From an uncultured Deferribacteres bacterium (GTDB lineage: Bacteria; Zhuqueibacterota; JdFR-76; BMS3Abin05): a DNA stretch of 64,000 nucleotides. Below are positions 30,349-40,800 of this stretch, piece after piece (position 1 is the stretch's first letter; each line of letters begins with the position of its first letter). A model generated the notes under the pieces. That model saw only the letters and a program-made list of their open reading frames with translations, was not told where the DNA came from and did no database searches. The stretch lies in contig CAZOHG010000006.1 in the NCBI GenBank assembly GCA_964579725.1, positions 22,237 to 86,236 on the forward strand, in the 5' to 3' direction. Both the position numbers and the translations under genes were made by a program.

Positions 30349-31515
30349 CTAAAAATAGACCCGCAACCGCACCAACCCCCCGTTCCCCAAATGGTCGGCG
30401 TAAACACTTCCGGTTTTTCCGTGGTAGTAATTGCCCAAAACCGTCAATTCCACATTTTCAAACACATTGTCTCGGATGAGGGGGATGACCGCCACGCTTC
30501 CGTCGGAAAGGCTTCCGACAGCCGAAAGCCCAATTGTCAGCAAATCCGTGGCCGGGTAGGACGCCAGAAAATAGACCTGATCGCGGGAGATGGCCTTTTT
30601 TTGCCCGATTAAAAATTGCATCCAATCGGTAAGCGTGTAGCGGCGGCGATTATTTTTACCCAATGTGGAATGAAAGGCCTCCGCCAAAAGATAACATCCG
30701 TTTCGGAAGGTGTAATCGGCGCCCAAAAGTCCCTCCGTAAATCGGCCGCTTTTTTTCATTCGGTTGGATGCCCACTCGCCCCACACCCCGACGCCCAAAA
30801 TTTGACCGGCAAAATCGCCCCCAAACAGACGCCGGTTTTCGCGAATCGATTGAAACCGCCGAAAATCCGTGAATTCCCATTGAGTTTCCACTGCAATGAG
30901 GGAGTAGTCAAAATGACCCAATTGTCCCTTAAAACGCACAAGCCTACCCCAATTTTTCAAATCCTCCCCCGGCGTCACCAGTCCCACCACGGTGTACCGG
31001 GTGCCAATGGGAATATCCACGCGAACCGCATTGTGTCCGGGTTGTTCGTACGTGGGATCAATCAGATTTTTCATATTCAACACATCGGTGGGATTCCAGG
31101 CGTAGCCGGTTCCGAGGGAAGTTTGCTGCCGGCCCACGGTCAGGTCGCCGAATCGAAAAGACAGACGCACAAAGGCGTTGTCCAGGAAAAGACTGTCCTT
31201 GTACGAAAATCGAAAAAACGACCGCACAAATGTCGGAACTGATTTTGTCAGGCCTTCGGGCAGGTAATCCAGGGCGTTCCAGCGGGTCTTTCCGGTGTAG
31301 CGAATGAAATCGAAGTTACCGCCAAAGGAAACCTTCTCCGAAGCCTGCGCCCCTAAATCCACGCGCAATTTGTTGGAATTCAAAAAATAGGTGTGATTTT
31401 TGAGGTGAATGCCCATGATTTGCGGCTCAAAATAGCCGCTCACAGAAACGGTTTGTGCTGTCCCGCTAATCGGCAAAAAGCCGAAAACCAACCAAATCCC
31501 AATCCACCGCTTCAT
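30349..31515 (-). CDS. outer-membrane beta-barrel protein (DUF1302-like) of the MMPL operon
   Basis: Signal peptide 'MKRWIGIWLVFGFLPISGTAQ'. Alternating amphipathic beta-strands and a C-terminal '...LRVYF' (terminal aromatic). The family call is approximate. Confidence 0.5.
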   Translation of the reverse strand: MKRWIGIWLVFGFLPISGTAQTVSVSGYFEPQIMGIHLKNHTYFLNSNKLRVDLGAQASEKVSFGGNFDFIRYTGKTRWNALDYLPEGLTKSVPTFVRSFFRFSYKDSLFLDNAFVRLSFRFGDLTVGRQQTSLGTGYAWNPTDVLNMKNLIDPTYEQPGHNAVRVDIPIGTRYTVVGLVTPGEDLKNWGRLVRFKGQLGHFDYSLIAVETQWEFTDFRRFQSIRENRRLFGGDFAGQILGVGVWGEWASNRMKKSGRFTEGLLGADYTFRNGCYLLAEAFHSTLGKNNRRRYTLTDWMQFLIGQKKAISRDQVYFLASYPATDLLTIGLSAVGSLSDGSVAVIPLIRDNVFENVELTVLGNYYHGKTGSVYADHLGNGGLVRLRVYF

Positions 31516-32282
31516 TTTTTGAGCCCCCGTTCGGTGAACAGGGCGTCGCTTAGCGGCACGTCGTACCGAATGGCCGTGATTTCCACAACCGTTTGGGTGT
31601 TGTCCAACAGATTTTTCATGACCATTTTCTTGGGCGTCGGGATGCCGTCAATGGTTTCGATCTCCGAAAGAAACAGCCGTTTCACACAACGGCTCGCGTC
31701 GTGTTCGTCAAAATAATCGATCTGAACCGGGACAAAGTTCTTTTTTTCCACCCACAACACCAGCCGGGAGTAACTGGAGGAACTGCCCTTCTTTCGGGTT
31801 AATGCCAATTTGTAGCATTTTTCCCCGTTCCTTTTTTCCTCCCCCAAAAGTTTGGCTGTAAAATCTGTCAGGAATGTGTTGCCGGCTCCCATGTCCTCGT
31901 AGGAGAAATCGCTGCCCTCCATTTTCTGCCTTTTGGCGTGAGTGGCCAATTTTCGGACGCGATTGGTGCGAGGGAAATAAATCCAAATGTCGTCCGCATT
32001 GTTGAGCATTAAAATCGCCTGTGCCCTTAAGCGAGCGGGCTGCTGGTATTTCATGAGGGTTTTTTCCCCGTGATTTTTGCTGTACACTTTGTACTCAAAT
32101 GTGCGGAGTCGGCCTGTGGTAGTGGTGATGGTCATCCGCATGGTTCCCTCGGACGTAGCGGGATTCATGATTTGGGTTACTTTTTTGACAATTTCTTCAG
32201 CCGTCAACGCCTGAGCCCGAAGCGACAGGGGAAAATAAAAACCGGCCGAAAAAATCAGCAAAAAACTAAGAATCCGTTTCAT
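31512..32282 (-). CDS. outer membrane lipoprotein-sorting (LolA-like) protein
   Basis: Start chosen at MKRILSFLLIFSAGFYFPLSLRAQA (signal peptide). The track's longer ORF (to 32381) would overlap the TetR stop by 4 nt and lacks a signal peptide. The LolA-like fold call is by composition and by recurrence of this gene next to MMPL pumps. Confidence 0.55.
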   Translation of the reverse strand: MKRILSFLLIFSAGFYFPLSLRAQALTAEEIVKKVTQIMNPATSEGTMRMTITTTTGRLRTFEYKVYSKNHGEKTLMKYQQPARLRAQAILMLNNADDIWIYFPRTNRVRKLATHAKRQKMEGSDFSYEDMGAGNTFLTDFTAKLLGEEKRNGEKCYKLALTRKKGSSSSYSRLVLWVEKKNFVPVQIDYFDEHDASRCVKRLFLSEIETIDGIPTPKKMVMKNLLDNTQTVVEITAIRYDVPLSDALFTERGLKK

Positions 32283-32377
32283 ACGAACACTCCTTCCGTT
32301 TTGTAAACGGGTTTTGGACTCCTCGAAAAATTGGTCAAAAAAGGCAGTTTTTTTGACCGACGCTTCGGTCAAGTCAA

Positions 32378-32989
32378 TCAAATGCGAATCCCTGTCATGT
32401 AGGCCTGGTACATGGTTTCCACCGCCTCCTTGAAATTAAAAACGGAATGGTCCAAAACCCACTGCAACATGAGTCCGTCCCAAGACCCCAAAATGGCGGA
32501 CGCCGTTAAAAGAGGATTCAAATTTTTCCGAAATCGCCCCTGGTGAACGCCCTCGGTCAAAATCGACACCAGCAGATTTCGATAGTCAGCGTACAGACGA
32601 CGCATGTCGAAAACCGTTGTCTCTTTGGCTTTGACCGAGCGGACGCCCTCTGCCCACACATCGAACATAATTTCCATAAAATCAAGAGGAAACTGCTCCA
32701 ACGCTTCCACAAAACCAACCAAAATGACGTGAATTTTCTCCGCAGGATCGGTAACCTTGAAAAGCTTCCGTGCCAGCACTTCCTCCGCTTTTTCGAAGAT
32801 GAGCAAAAAGCCCTCGTGCATCATTTCTTCTTTGCTCCGGAAGTATTCGTAAAGGGTACCCTTCCCCACGTCGGCCGCTTCGGCAATATCAGACATTCGG
32901 GTGCTTGCCAATCCCTTTTTAGCAATAACCCGCAAAGCAGCCAAAAGAATTTTTTGACGCTTGGCCTCTTTGTCTACAATTTTCGCCAT
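32378..32989 (-). CDS. TetR/AcrR-family transcriptional regulator
   Basis: HTH 'LASTRMSDIAEAADVGKGTLYEYFRSKEE'. It is the first gene of the MMPL operon. Confidence 0.85.
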   Translation of the reverse strand: MAKIVDKEAKRQKILLAALRVIAKKGLASTRMSDIAEAADVGKGTLYEYFRSKEEMMHEGFLLIFEKAEEVLARKLFKVTDPAEKIHVILVGFVEALEQFPLDFMEIMFDVWAEGVRSVKAKETTVFDMRRLYADYRNLLVSILTEGVHQGRFRKNLNPLLTASAILGSWDGLMLQWVLDHSVFNFKEAVETMYQAYMTGIRI

Positions 32990-33201
32990 TTTGCAGTTTT
33001 TTCTTTTTTATTTTTTTAATAATGACCGAACGTTCGGTCAGTAATATAAGAAAAAGTCAGGTATCTTGCAAATAAAAAATAAGGAAATCCGTCTTTTTTC
33101 CTCCATTTTCTTCACTGGCACTTCAAAAGCGAAAAAAGGCTTGCTTTTGTCAAAAACCTTCCCTACTTTCTGTCGTTACTACCACAGTCCTGGAGGTTTC
33201 C

Positions 33202-34402
33202 GTGAAATCCTTTTTCCCCTTAGTCATTCCGGCCTTTTTACTTCTTTTTTAGTTCCTCAGGGCAAAGCCAGAGTTTAGCTTCCGTACACGCCTGGGCGTA
33301 CCAATTGGATGCCATTCATCCCGAAGAGATTGCGGGCAATACCACGTTCGACCTCATCGTCATGGACTATTCCGCCGACGGCACTCCCGAAAAGGCTTTT
33401 ACCGCCGCACAAATTTCGGCTATTCAACGCAGCGGGAAAATCGCACTGGCCTACCTTTCCATCGGAGAGGCCGAGGACTACCGATTTTACTGGAAACCTG
33501 TCTGGAAAATTCACCCGCCCAACTGGCTGGGACCCGAAAATCCGAATTGGCCGGGCAATTACAAAGTGCGTTTCTGGGATCCGAACTGGCAGCGGATTGT
33601 TTTTGCTTACGTGGACACCATTTTAGCGCGCGGCTTCGACGGCATTTATTGTGACATCATCGATGCCTATTATTATTGGCGGGAAGAAAATCCCGAGCAG
33701 CCGCTGGCCGATTCGCTAATGGTTCGATTTTTGGCCAAGATTCGGCAACACGTGGAAAGCAAAACCAGCGCGCCCTTTTTCATTTTTCCGCAAAACGGGG
33801 AGGCCCTTATTGAAGAAGACCACATTACCGATAGTTTGCGCGCACTTTTTTGGAACTCAATTGACGGCATTGGCGTGGAGGATGTTTTTTGTCCCGGCGA
33901 CGCCGACGAGAACAATCCCTTTGCCCCGGATTCCGACCGGTTGAACTACCTTCAAAAATTTCGAGCACACGGGAAAATAGTCCTTTCCGTGGAATATTTG
34001 ACGGACACCCACCTCATTGCGCGCTACATCCGGGCCGCAAGCGCTGCGCATTTTATTCCCTACGCCGCCCCGCGTGCCCTAAACCGGCTCGTCAACGGGA
34101 TTCCCACCGAGGTCAGAACAGTGTTCCACTCGGCACCGGAACAGCTTACCCTGTCTCCCAATTTTCCTAATCCTTTCAATCCGACCACTGCGTTCCGATT
34201 TTTTCTAACCGCACCCACCCCAGCGGACTTTGCCATTTACAGTGCAACCGGACGCCGGGTGTGGCACCACCACTGGCAAAACTTAACAGCCGGACTCCAC
34301 ACCATTTTCTGGAATGCCAAAAATCTTCCGTCAGGTGCGTATTTTTACCGATTGAGTACGCCCCGAAACGCAGCTTCCGGAAAGGCCCTTCTTTTGAAAT
34401 AA
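33202..34402 (+). CDS. GH114-family glycoside hydrolase (endo-alpha-1,4-polygalactosaminidase-like) with T9SS CTD; signal peptide disrupted by a 1-nt frameshift in a T6 run
   Basis: GH114 motifs 'ALAYLSIGEAEDYRFYW', 'NYKVRFWDPNWQ', 'GFDGIYCDIIDAYYYW'. CTD '...PNFPNPFNPTT...KALLLK'. The track ORF starts at TTG 33305 with no signal peptide. GGAGG (33192-33196) plus GTG 33202 encodes 'MKSFFPLVIPAFLLLF*', which stops in the T6 run at 33245-33250. Removing one T restores '...LLLFSSSGQSQSLASVHA|WAYQLDAIHPEE', a good signal peptide. Confidence 0.6.
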
Positions 34403-34574
34403 TCCGTACAATCCCTTGTTTTCGAGACAAATGCGCGGATTTTCCTACGGAGAACGGCACCATTTTTGCCTGATTCCATTTGGCACATGTAAAAACAGCC
34501 GTTGTTTTGGAACCCCGTTCGTGGGGTTTCTTCTGCGCCAAATGGAACGGAAGCCCCCGGTTTCGAAAGAAAGG

Positions 34575-36458
34575 CTACGCGTCGGAACGGTCTTTTCCTC
34601 TCACAATTAAAATCGGGATCGTAATGCCGTGCCGCACTTTGTCGATGGTTGTGCCGTGTACCCAATCGCTGACGCCGTGGTGGCCGTGCGAACCCGCGAC
34701 CAACAGGTCAAATCCATTCTCATTAATTGCCTTAATCAATTCGGTGGCTGGATCGCCGTAAAGAAGTTCCGTCTCCACCGGCAGATCGCGTTCTTCGATT
34801 TCTCGAGCCAAATCTTCCAAATACTGTTCATCCTCCCGACTGTGAAGACTGGAGCTCCGATCTCCGTACACCAGAGTGCCGGGGGAATCGGCCACGTGCA
34901 GCAAGGTGAGTCTGGATTGGTTGCGCCGCGCCACCGAAATGGCCGCGGAAACGATCTCCGCGTCGCGAGGCGAATTTTCAAGCGCAACGGCAATATTTTT
35001 GAAGGTTATTGGCCGCAGTTTTTGAATCACACGCTGGCCTTTTTTGACGATTCCGCTCTCCCACTGGCGGCTGACCCCAAAAAACGGCGCTAACGTGAGG
35101 TACAACAAAACCCCGAAAATGGCCGCAACCAACGGCACAACCGTTATCCACAAAAACAGAGGGGCTCCGGCAAGCCAGTGGGACAATTCCTCAAACGCCA
35201 ACTTCAGGTTCAGCACAATAATAATGGTGGCAATGACCCAGGCAAGTAGTTTCACCCAGAGCCGATTGGCAAAATTCCCCATCTTTTTGGAATCGGATGT
35301 AAAGTGAATGAGGGGCACCGTGGCAAAAGGAAGTTGAAGACTCAAAATAACCTGGGACAAAATCAGGAGCCGGTAGGTGCCTTCACTCCCGGAAATGGAA
35401 ATCACAACAACGGCCGGTAGGAGAGCCAGCGAACGGGTAATTGCTCGACGCAGCCAGGGCTGGAGACGAATGTTCAGGAAACCTTCCATAATAATTTGAC
35501 CAGTGAGCGTGCCGGTAAGCGTCGAACTTTGTCCGGCGGCAATCAGGGCAACAGCAAAGGCAATGGGAGCAATGTGCGTACCCAAAATGGGTTGCAGCAA
35601 TTGGTGCGCCTGCTGGATCTCCGTCACCAAAATGCCCCGGGAGAAGAAGAGGGCGGCCGCCATTATGAGAATGGCTGCGTTGACAAAAAAAGCGGCGTTC
35701 AGCGCCACTACCGAATCAATAAGGTTGAACTTACACGCTTCCGCTTTGCCCGTGTACGTATTGGAAACAGCCCGCGTTTGAACCAGCGACGAGTGCAAGT
35801 ACAAATTGTGGGGCATAACGGTGGCGCCAATAATGCCAATGGCAATGTACAGTGCCGACGGCGGCAAATGGGGGACAAATCCCGCTGCAATGCCGCCCCA
35901 GTCCGGTTGAGCCAGAAAAATTTCAATTAAAAAGCAGGCACCAATGGTAGCAATCAGGGACACAATGAAGGCCTCCATTTTCCGCATGCCCAACCGCTGA
36001 ATGGCCAAAAGCAGGAACGTATCGCCAGCCGTAATCAAGGCGCCCCAAAGTAAGGGAAGGCCGAAAAGCAAATTGAGTCCGATGATGGTACCCAACAACT
36101 CTGCCAAATCTGTGGCTGCAATGGCAATTTCCGCCAAAACCCAAAGAAAAATATTAATTGGCCTGGGGTACTCCCGGCGGCACCCCTGCGCAAGGTCGTA
36201 CCCCGTAACAATGCCCAGTCGCGCCGAAAGGGTCTGCAACAGCACGGCCATGAGGTTGGACATTAAGAGTACCCAAATGAGCGTGTAGCCGAAGCGTGCT
36301 CCTCCCTCAATGTCTGTCGCCCAGTTTCCGGGGTCCATGTAACCGACGCTCACCAAATAGGCAGGGCCAATAAAAGCCAAAAGGCGGCGATACCAGCCGC
36401 GCTTCTTAACGGAAACCGTTCCTTGCAGGTTTTCCAGTTCCTTTTTTTCCACGTCCAA
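34575..36458 (-). CDS. mntH: NRAMP-family Mn2+/Fe2+ transporter fused to a C-terminal universal stress protein (UspA) domain
   Basis: Nramp signatures 'GPAYLVSVGYMDPGNWATDIEGGARFGY' and 'TAGDTFLLLAIQ'. The C-terminal ~150 aa '...LTLLHVADSP...FDLLVAGSHGHHGVSDWVHGTT...' is a Usp domain. Confidence 0.8.
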   Translation of the reverse strand: MDVEKKELENLQGTVSVKKRGWYRRLLAFIGPAYLVSVGYMDPGNWATDIEGGARFGYTLIWVLLMSNLMAVLLQTLSARLGIVTGYDLAQGCRREYPRPINIFLWVLAEIAIAATDLAELLGTIIGLNLLFGLPLLWGALITAGDTFLLLAIQRLGMRKMEAFIVSLIATIGACFLIEIFLAQPDWGGIAAGFVPHLPPSALYIAIGIIGATVMPHNLYLHSSLVQTRAVSNTYTGKAEACKFNLIDSVVALNAAFFVNAAILIMAAALFFSRGILVTEIQQAHQLLQPILGTHIAPIAFAVALIAAGQSSTLTGTLTGQIIMEGFLNIRLQPWLRRAITRSLALLPAVVVISISGSEGTYRLLILSQVILSLQLPFATVPLIHFTSDSKKMGNFANRLWVKLLAWVIATIIIVLNLKLAFEELSHWLAGAPLFLWITVVPLVAAIFGVLLYLTLAPFFGVSRQWESGIVKKGQRVIQKLRPITFKNIAVALENSPRDAEIVSAAISVARRNQSRLTLLHVADSPGTLVYGDRSSSLHSREDEQYLEDLAREIEERDLPVETELLYGDPATELIKAINENGFDLLVAGSHGHHGVSDWVHGTTIDKVRHGITIPILIVRGKDRSDA

Positions 36459-36846
36459 TCCTCCCGTGTGGGGTTTGCAACTTGATTCTTGTTTTCAATT
36501 TAGGGAAAAATTATTCCTTTGTCAAGAAATGCTTGGCTCTTCCGGTTCAAAAAAGGAGACGCCTTCTCAAGCCAAGGAGTTGTAGCGTCCGCAGTTCCAT
36601 TTCAGGTGCCCCAAAAAAGCGTCTTGTCCCCAAACAAATTCAAAAGAAAAGGGCCTTCTTTTCACTTTCCGCTTGCAATACGAAACGCAAGGCATTATAT
36701 TAAGCAAACTTTCAAAATGGGTCGCTGCGGTTCAAAATCATGGCGGGGAAATTGGTCGGATTTCCCTTTTTCGCCGCGAAGACTCGACGGATCTATTCCG
36801 TTTGTCCCGATTATTTTTTTTACACATTGACAAGCTGGAGGTTGCC

Positions 36847-37809
36847 ATGTGGCTTTTCTGGATTCTTCTTGTTTTTGTAATTTTGATTCTTCTGTGGGCG
36901 TTCCTTTCTCTAAAAGAACGTCGGCCGGACCAACTTTTGTTGGTGGAAAAGAAGGGGCAAATTCACCCGTACCTCAAGCGGTGGTACTGGAGCCGTTCTG
37001 TTTTGGCGCTTCCGGCCACCATTCGAACCGTTTCCACAGAGGTCAAGGCCCAGGCAAGAGGGAAAATCGACGTCGTGGCGCAGGTGTCGATTTCTTTCTT
37101 CCCTGACCCGAATCAGGTCCAAAATCTTATTCGGGTGGGCGGGTGGCAACCCGATGCTGTCGAAAAAACGGCTGCCGAACTGGCGGGAACCGTTCAGGGA
37201 CTGGTGGGGGAAGTGGTGGAACAAATGGACGTTACTCAGGTAACGCGTGAAAAATTGGGGGAAGTGCTACGGAATCGCTTGTCCGATTTGGCGCCCGGCT
37301 TGGGGGTAACCATTGCGTCCGTGGTGGTTTCCGCAGCAGAGGCGGCCGACAAAAAAATTGCGGACGCCATTCGTCAGAAAGAAGAAGCCCGTATTCAGGA
37401 AGAAACCGAGCGAGCCAATCAACAAGCCCGCATTGCCCGCGAAAAACTGCGCCTCAAAGCAGACGACACCATCGCCCGCATGAAACACGAAACAGAAATG
37501 GCACGGCTGCGTCTCAAAGAATCCGAAGAGTTAGCAGCGGCGGCATTGGAACAAAAAATTCTCGAAAAAGAAGCCGAGAAAAAACGGTTGAATCTGGAAT
37601 TGGAAAAGGAAGAGGTGGGACTTTTGGCACAATCGCCCCAACTTTTGTTACTGGCTCCCCAGCTTTCCCGCTTAATGGAAGCCAGCCAGCAGCTCAAAAA
37701 TGCGCGCACCGTCATTTCTCTCTCCCCCGAAATTTCAGAAGGGTTGCCGCGCCTATTGCAGTCCCTTTTGGACACGCTCCAGCGGGGACAGGCGACAACG
37801 GAAACCTAA
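36847..37809 (+). CDS. SPFH/band-7 (flotillin-like) membrane protein with coiled-coil tail
   Basis: Start at MWLFWILLVFVILILLWAFL (N-terminal TM; GGAGG at 36836-36840). The C-terminal half is E/K/R-rich heptads ('EEARIQEETERANQQARIAREKLRLK...') as in flotillin/YqiK. A 40-nt gap separates it from the 1871-aa gene. Confidence 0.6.
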   Translation: MWLFWILLVFVILILLWAFLSLKERRPDQLLLVEKKGQIHPYLKRWYWSRSVLALPATIRTVSTEVKAQARGKIDVVAQVSISFFPDPNQVQNLIRVGGWQPDAVEKTAAELAGTVQGLVGEVVEQMDVTQVTREKLGEVLRNRLSDLAPGLGVTIASVVVSAAEAADKKIADAIRQKEEARIQEETERANQQARIAREKLRLKADDTIARMKHETEMARLRLKESEELAAAALEQKILEKEAEKKRLNLELEKEEVGLLAQSPQLLLLAPQLSRLMEASQQLKNARTVISLSPEISEGLPRLLQSLLDTLQRGQATTET

Positions 37810-37848
37810 TGGAAACGTACACCGATTTTAGGCAGGCGGACTGAAATT

Positions 37849-40800
37849 ATGTCGGTAGTCCGATTTAAAGAATCGGCTCCTTCCCTTGTGGGAGAAATCA
37901 GCCGAATGACGGCGGAATCGGGGGTTCCCGCTGCCGAGCGCGTCGATTTTCACATTGGCAACCCGGTACGCGACGCTGCCCTCGATCGGCTGTACAATGC
38001 CCTGCTCTCGGGGGCTTCCTTTCGCGACGCCCACGCGCGCGATTTCTCAGAAGAGGCTTTTTTACAGGAGTGTGACTCCCCCGCTCTCCGCGAGGCTTTT
38101 CAATTGCTTTTTGACACCGCCCGAAAATCCGTGGCCTACGCTCCTCAGGGCGGTTTTTTGCCCGCTCGTCCCGGTACGCTCGCCCGTCAAATTCAGGCGC
38201 GTTTCGAACAAATCGAATCACCTAAAATTCCCTACGACTTCGGCACCTCCTCAGGAAAACCGGAGCTGGCTTTTGCTTCAGGCGGCAGGTGGCAGGCACT
38301 TGCCCTTATTTTTCAATTCATTGAAGAAGATGTGCAGGGGGAAAAAAGGGGAACCCTTGTTTTGGGAGATTCCCCCCGTCCCCACCTCTTTTCACCTCGC
38401 ATTCACGCGCCCGAGCGGTGGGAAAAATCCCGTCCCTTGCAGGAGCGCCTACAGGCGGCTCTCCGCACCGACGACCGGTTTGTCCTCTTGTTGGAACAGT
38501 GGCCGGAACGTGACCGTGAGCTTTTGGCGCACTGGCTTGAAGCCAACGATCTGTTCCTCATTGAAATGAACCAAAGCGGCAACGCCGCCAGCCTGTTGAC
38601 TTTCCCCGAAATGAAAGAACGGGGGCTTCGGATTTTGGCACCCGATTTTATTCATCCTGCGTTGCGTTTCTCCAGTCTGGCCATTTTGTTGGCGCCTTTC
38701 GAGTGGATTTTGCACTTTAATCGCCTGCATTTCAAAAAGATGGGCACCCCTTCCGCCAGCGAAATCAAATTGCTCAGTTTTTTTCTGACGGAAAACGGCC
38801 AGTTCCACACCCAACGCTGGCAGCTGTTTCAACAGGAAGTGAAAAATGCCGTAGCCGACTCTGTTGAGGAGGACTTTCCCCCTGAAGAAAGCGCCCCGGC
38901 TCTCGCGTCGGTTTCTCGTTTCGTGCGCCGGGTCGAAAAGCAAGCCCACCGACTTTCTCAACTGGGAACCCAAATGGCCGAGAAATGGGGGCAAAAAACA
39001 GCCCGCTTTTCCGACATTTCCATGGAAAATTCCCGTGCCTTGGGGCCTTGGGACCCGTTCGGGGGAAAATCCCAGGCCGACGTGGTGCAGCACTTCTTTG
39101 CCCGCTTAAACAACCCGAATTTGAGCACCGAATTAACGGCGTCGTTTTTGAGCACATTTCAGGCGGTGCACCCGGAATACGAACCGGAACACCTCGTTTT
39201 GGTCAGCGGCTCGGCCAGAACCGCACTGAGTTTAATGGCCTCCGCGTGGAACATTGAGGAGGTGGTGGTTCCCGATTTTAGCTGGACGGTGGGAGACGCC
39301 TTTCCGCAGGTGACGTCCGTGCCCCTCAAACCGGATTTTCAATTAGATGCCGAGCGGTTTGTCCGAGTTTTGCAAGCCAAATGTGAAACCGACCCCGCGT
39401 GGCCCCGTCGTGGCGCTGTCATTTTGAACAATCCTCACAATGCCACGGGACAAATCTGGCCGCCGGAAGCGGTGGAACCCATCTTGCTCTTCTGCTTTCG
39501 GAACGGAATCCGCGTAATTGACGACCTGTCGTACGCCGATGTGGTTATTGCCTCACCCGAAGAACGGCGCACAAAAGTCCCGGTGCCGAGCTTAAAAAAA
39601 ATCGCCCTGAATCTGAAAAAGGAGGGGCGTATTCGCGGCTCGCACCTGCGCCATTTGGTCACCATTCAGTCGATTTCAAAAACCGATTGCAAGGCGGGTG
39701 CGCGTCTCGCCGTGTGTGACATTCCCCACTCAGCCGACCGCAGGCAATTCCACCAAAAAATGGCCCATTTTTCGCCCAATCTTTTAGCCATTCTGCTCAG
39801 CCTTCTTTTTTACCGCCGCGGTGCCTGGCACGTAGCCCGTTTTTGGGCCCGTCGGGACGAAATCCTGTGGCAGCGTTCCCGAGCACTAACAGAGGCTTTT
39901 GCGGAACTCCCCCCCGAGCGGAACCCTTACGGCTTGCGTTACCTTCCGCCGGCGGGTGCCATGTACCCCCAATTGGAAATTACCCATTTGCCCACGGGGC
40001 TTTCCGCCGAGCGGCTGGCCCAGGCTTTGGCACGTCTGGGAATCGGGTTGATTCCACTGACCAATTTTTCGCACACGCTGGAGGGCTTTTCTCAAGCCAA
40101 TCGAACGTTTCGCCTGACTCTCGGAGGTGAGCTTGATTTGGCTACCATTTCGGCAAAGGTACGACGGCTTGTGGAAATGCTGTCGGAATTGGTACGTCGT
40201 CAGGCGGAAAATCGCCATTTCTACCGGCTGCGCAACGGCCGTGTGGCGGAAGCCGATTTTTTGGCCTTGAAAAAACAAACACTCACGCGAGTTGACGTAC
40301 AGGCAGCGGAACAACTAACAGCCGTACGGGAGGCCGCCCGAAAAAACTTTCGCCGCTATTTGCCGTCTTGGGCACAAAAAAGTGAGCAAACCGACGCTCT
40401 TCTGCAGGAATTTGTCGACCGTTATTTGCCCGAACGTTGGTCCTTTTTCCGCACCAAATTACAGGATTTCGCGCTGGTGCAGGCAGAAATTTCGCAGCGC
40501 GTTCGGCAAGGTGGGTCGGAGGACATTCTGAACGATTTCCAAATGGAGCTGTTGCCACCGGAACCCCGAAAGCGGGTCTTTCAGTACGAACGGCGTCTTT
40601 TTGACCGCACGGTTCACCCCACTCAAATGTACGCATTGGACGTTGAGCAGCTTTTCGTGCAGCAGGCGAAACACCTCACCCTGCCCAATTTTTACGCACA
40701 GGTTCCTTCTGAACAGATTTTGGCCGCGCTTCTACGAGAATTTGTGGGCGGAAACGTCCCCATTTCTTCCGAAAGGGAAGCGGAGGAAGCGGTTTGCGAT

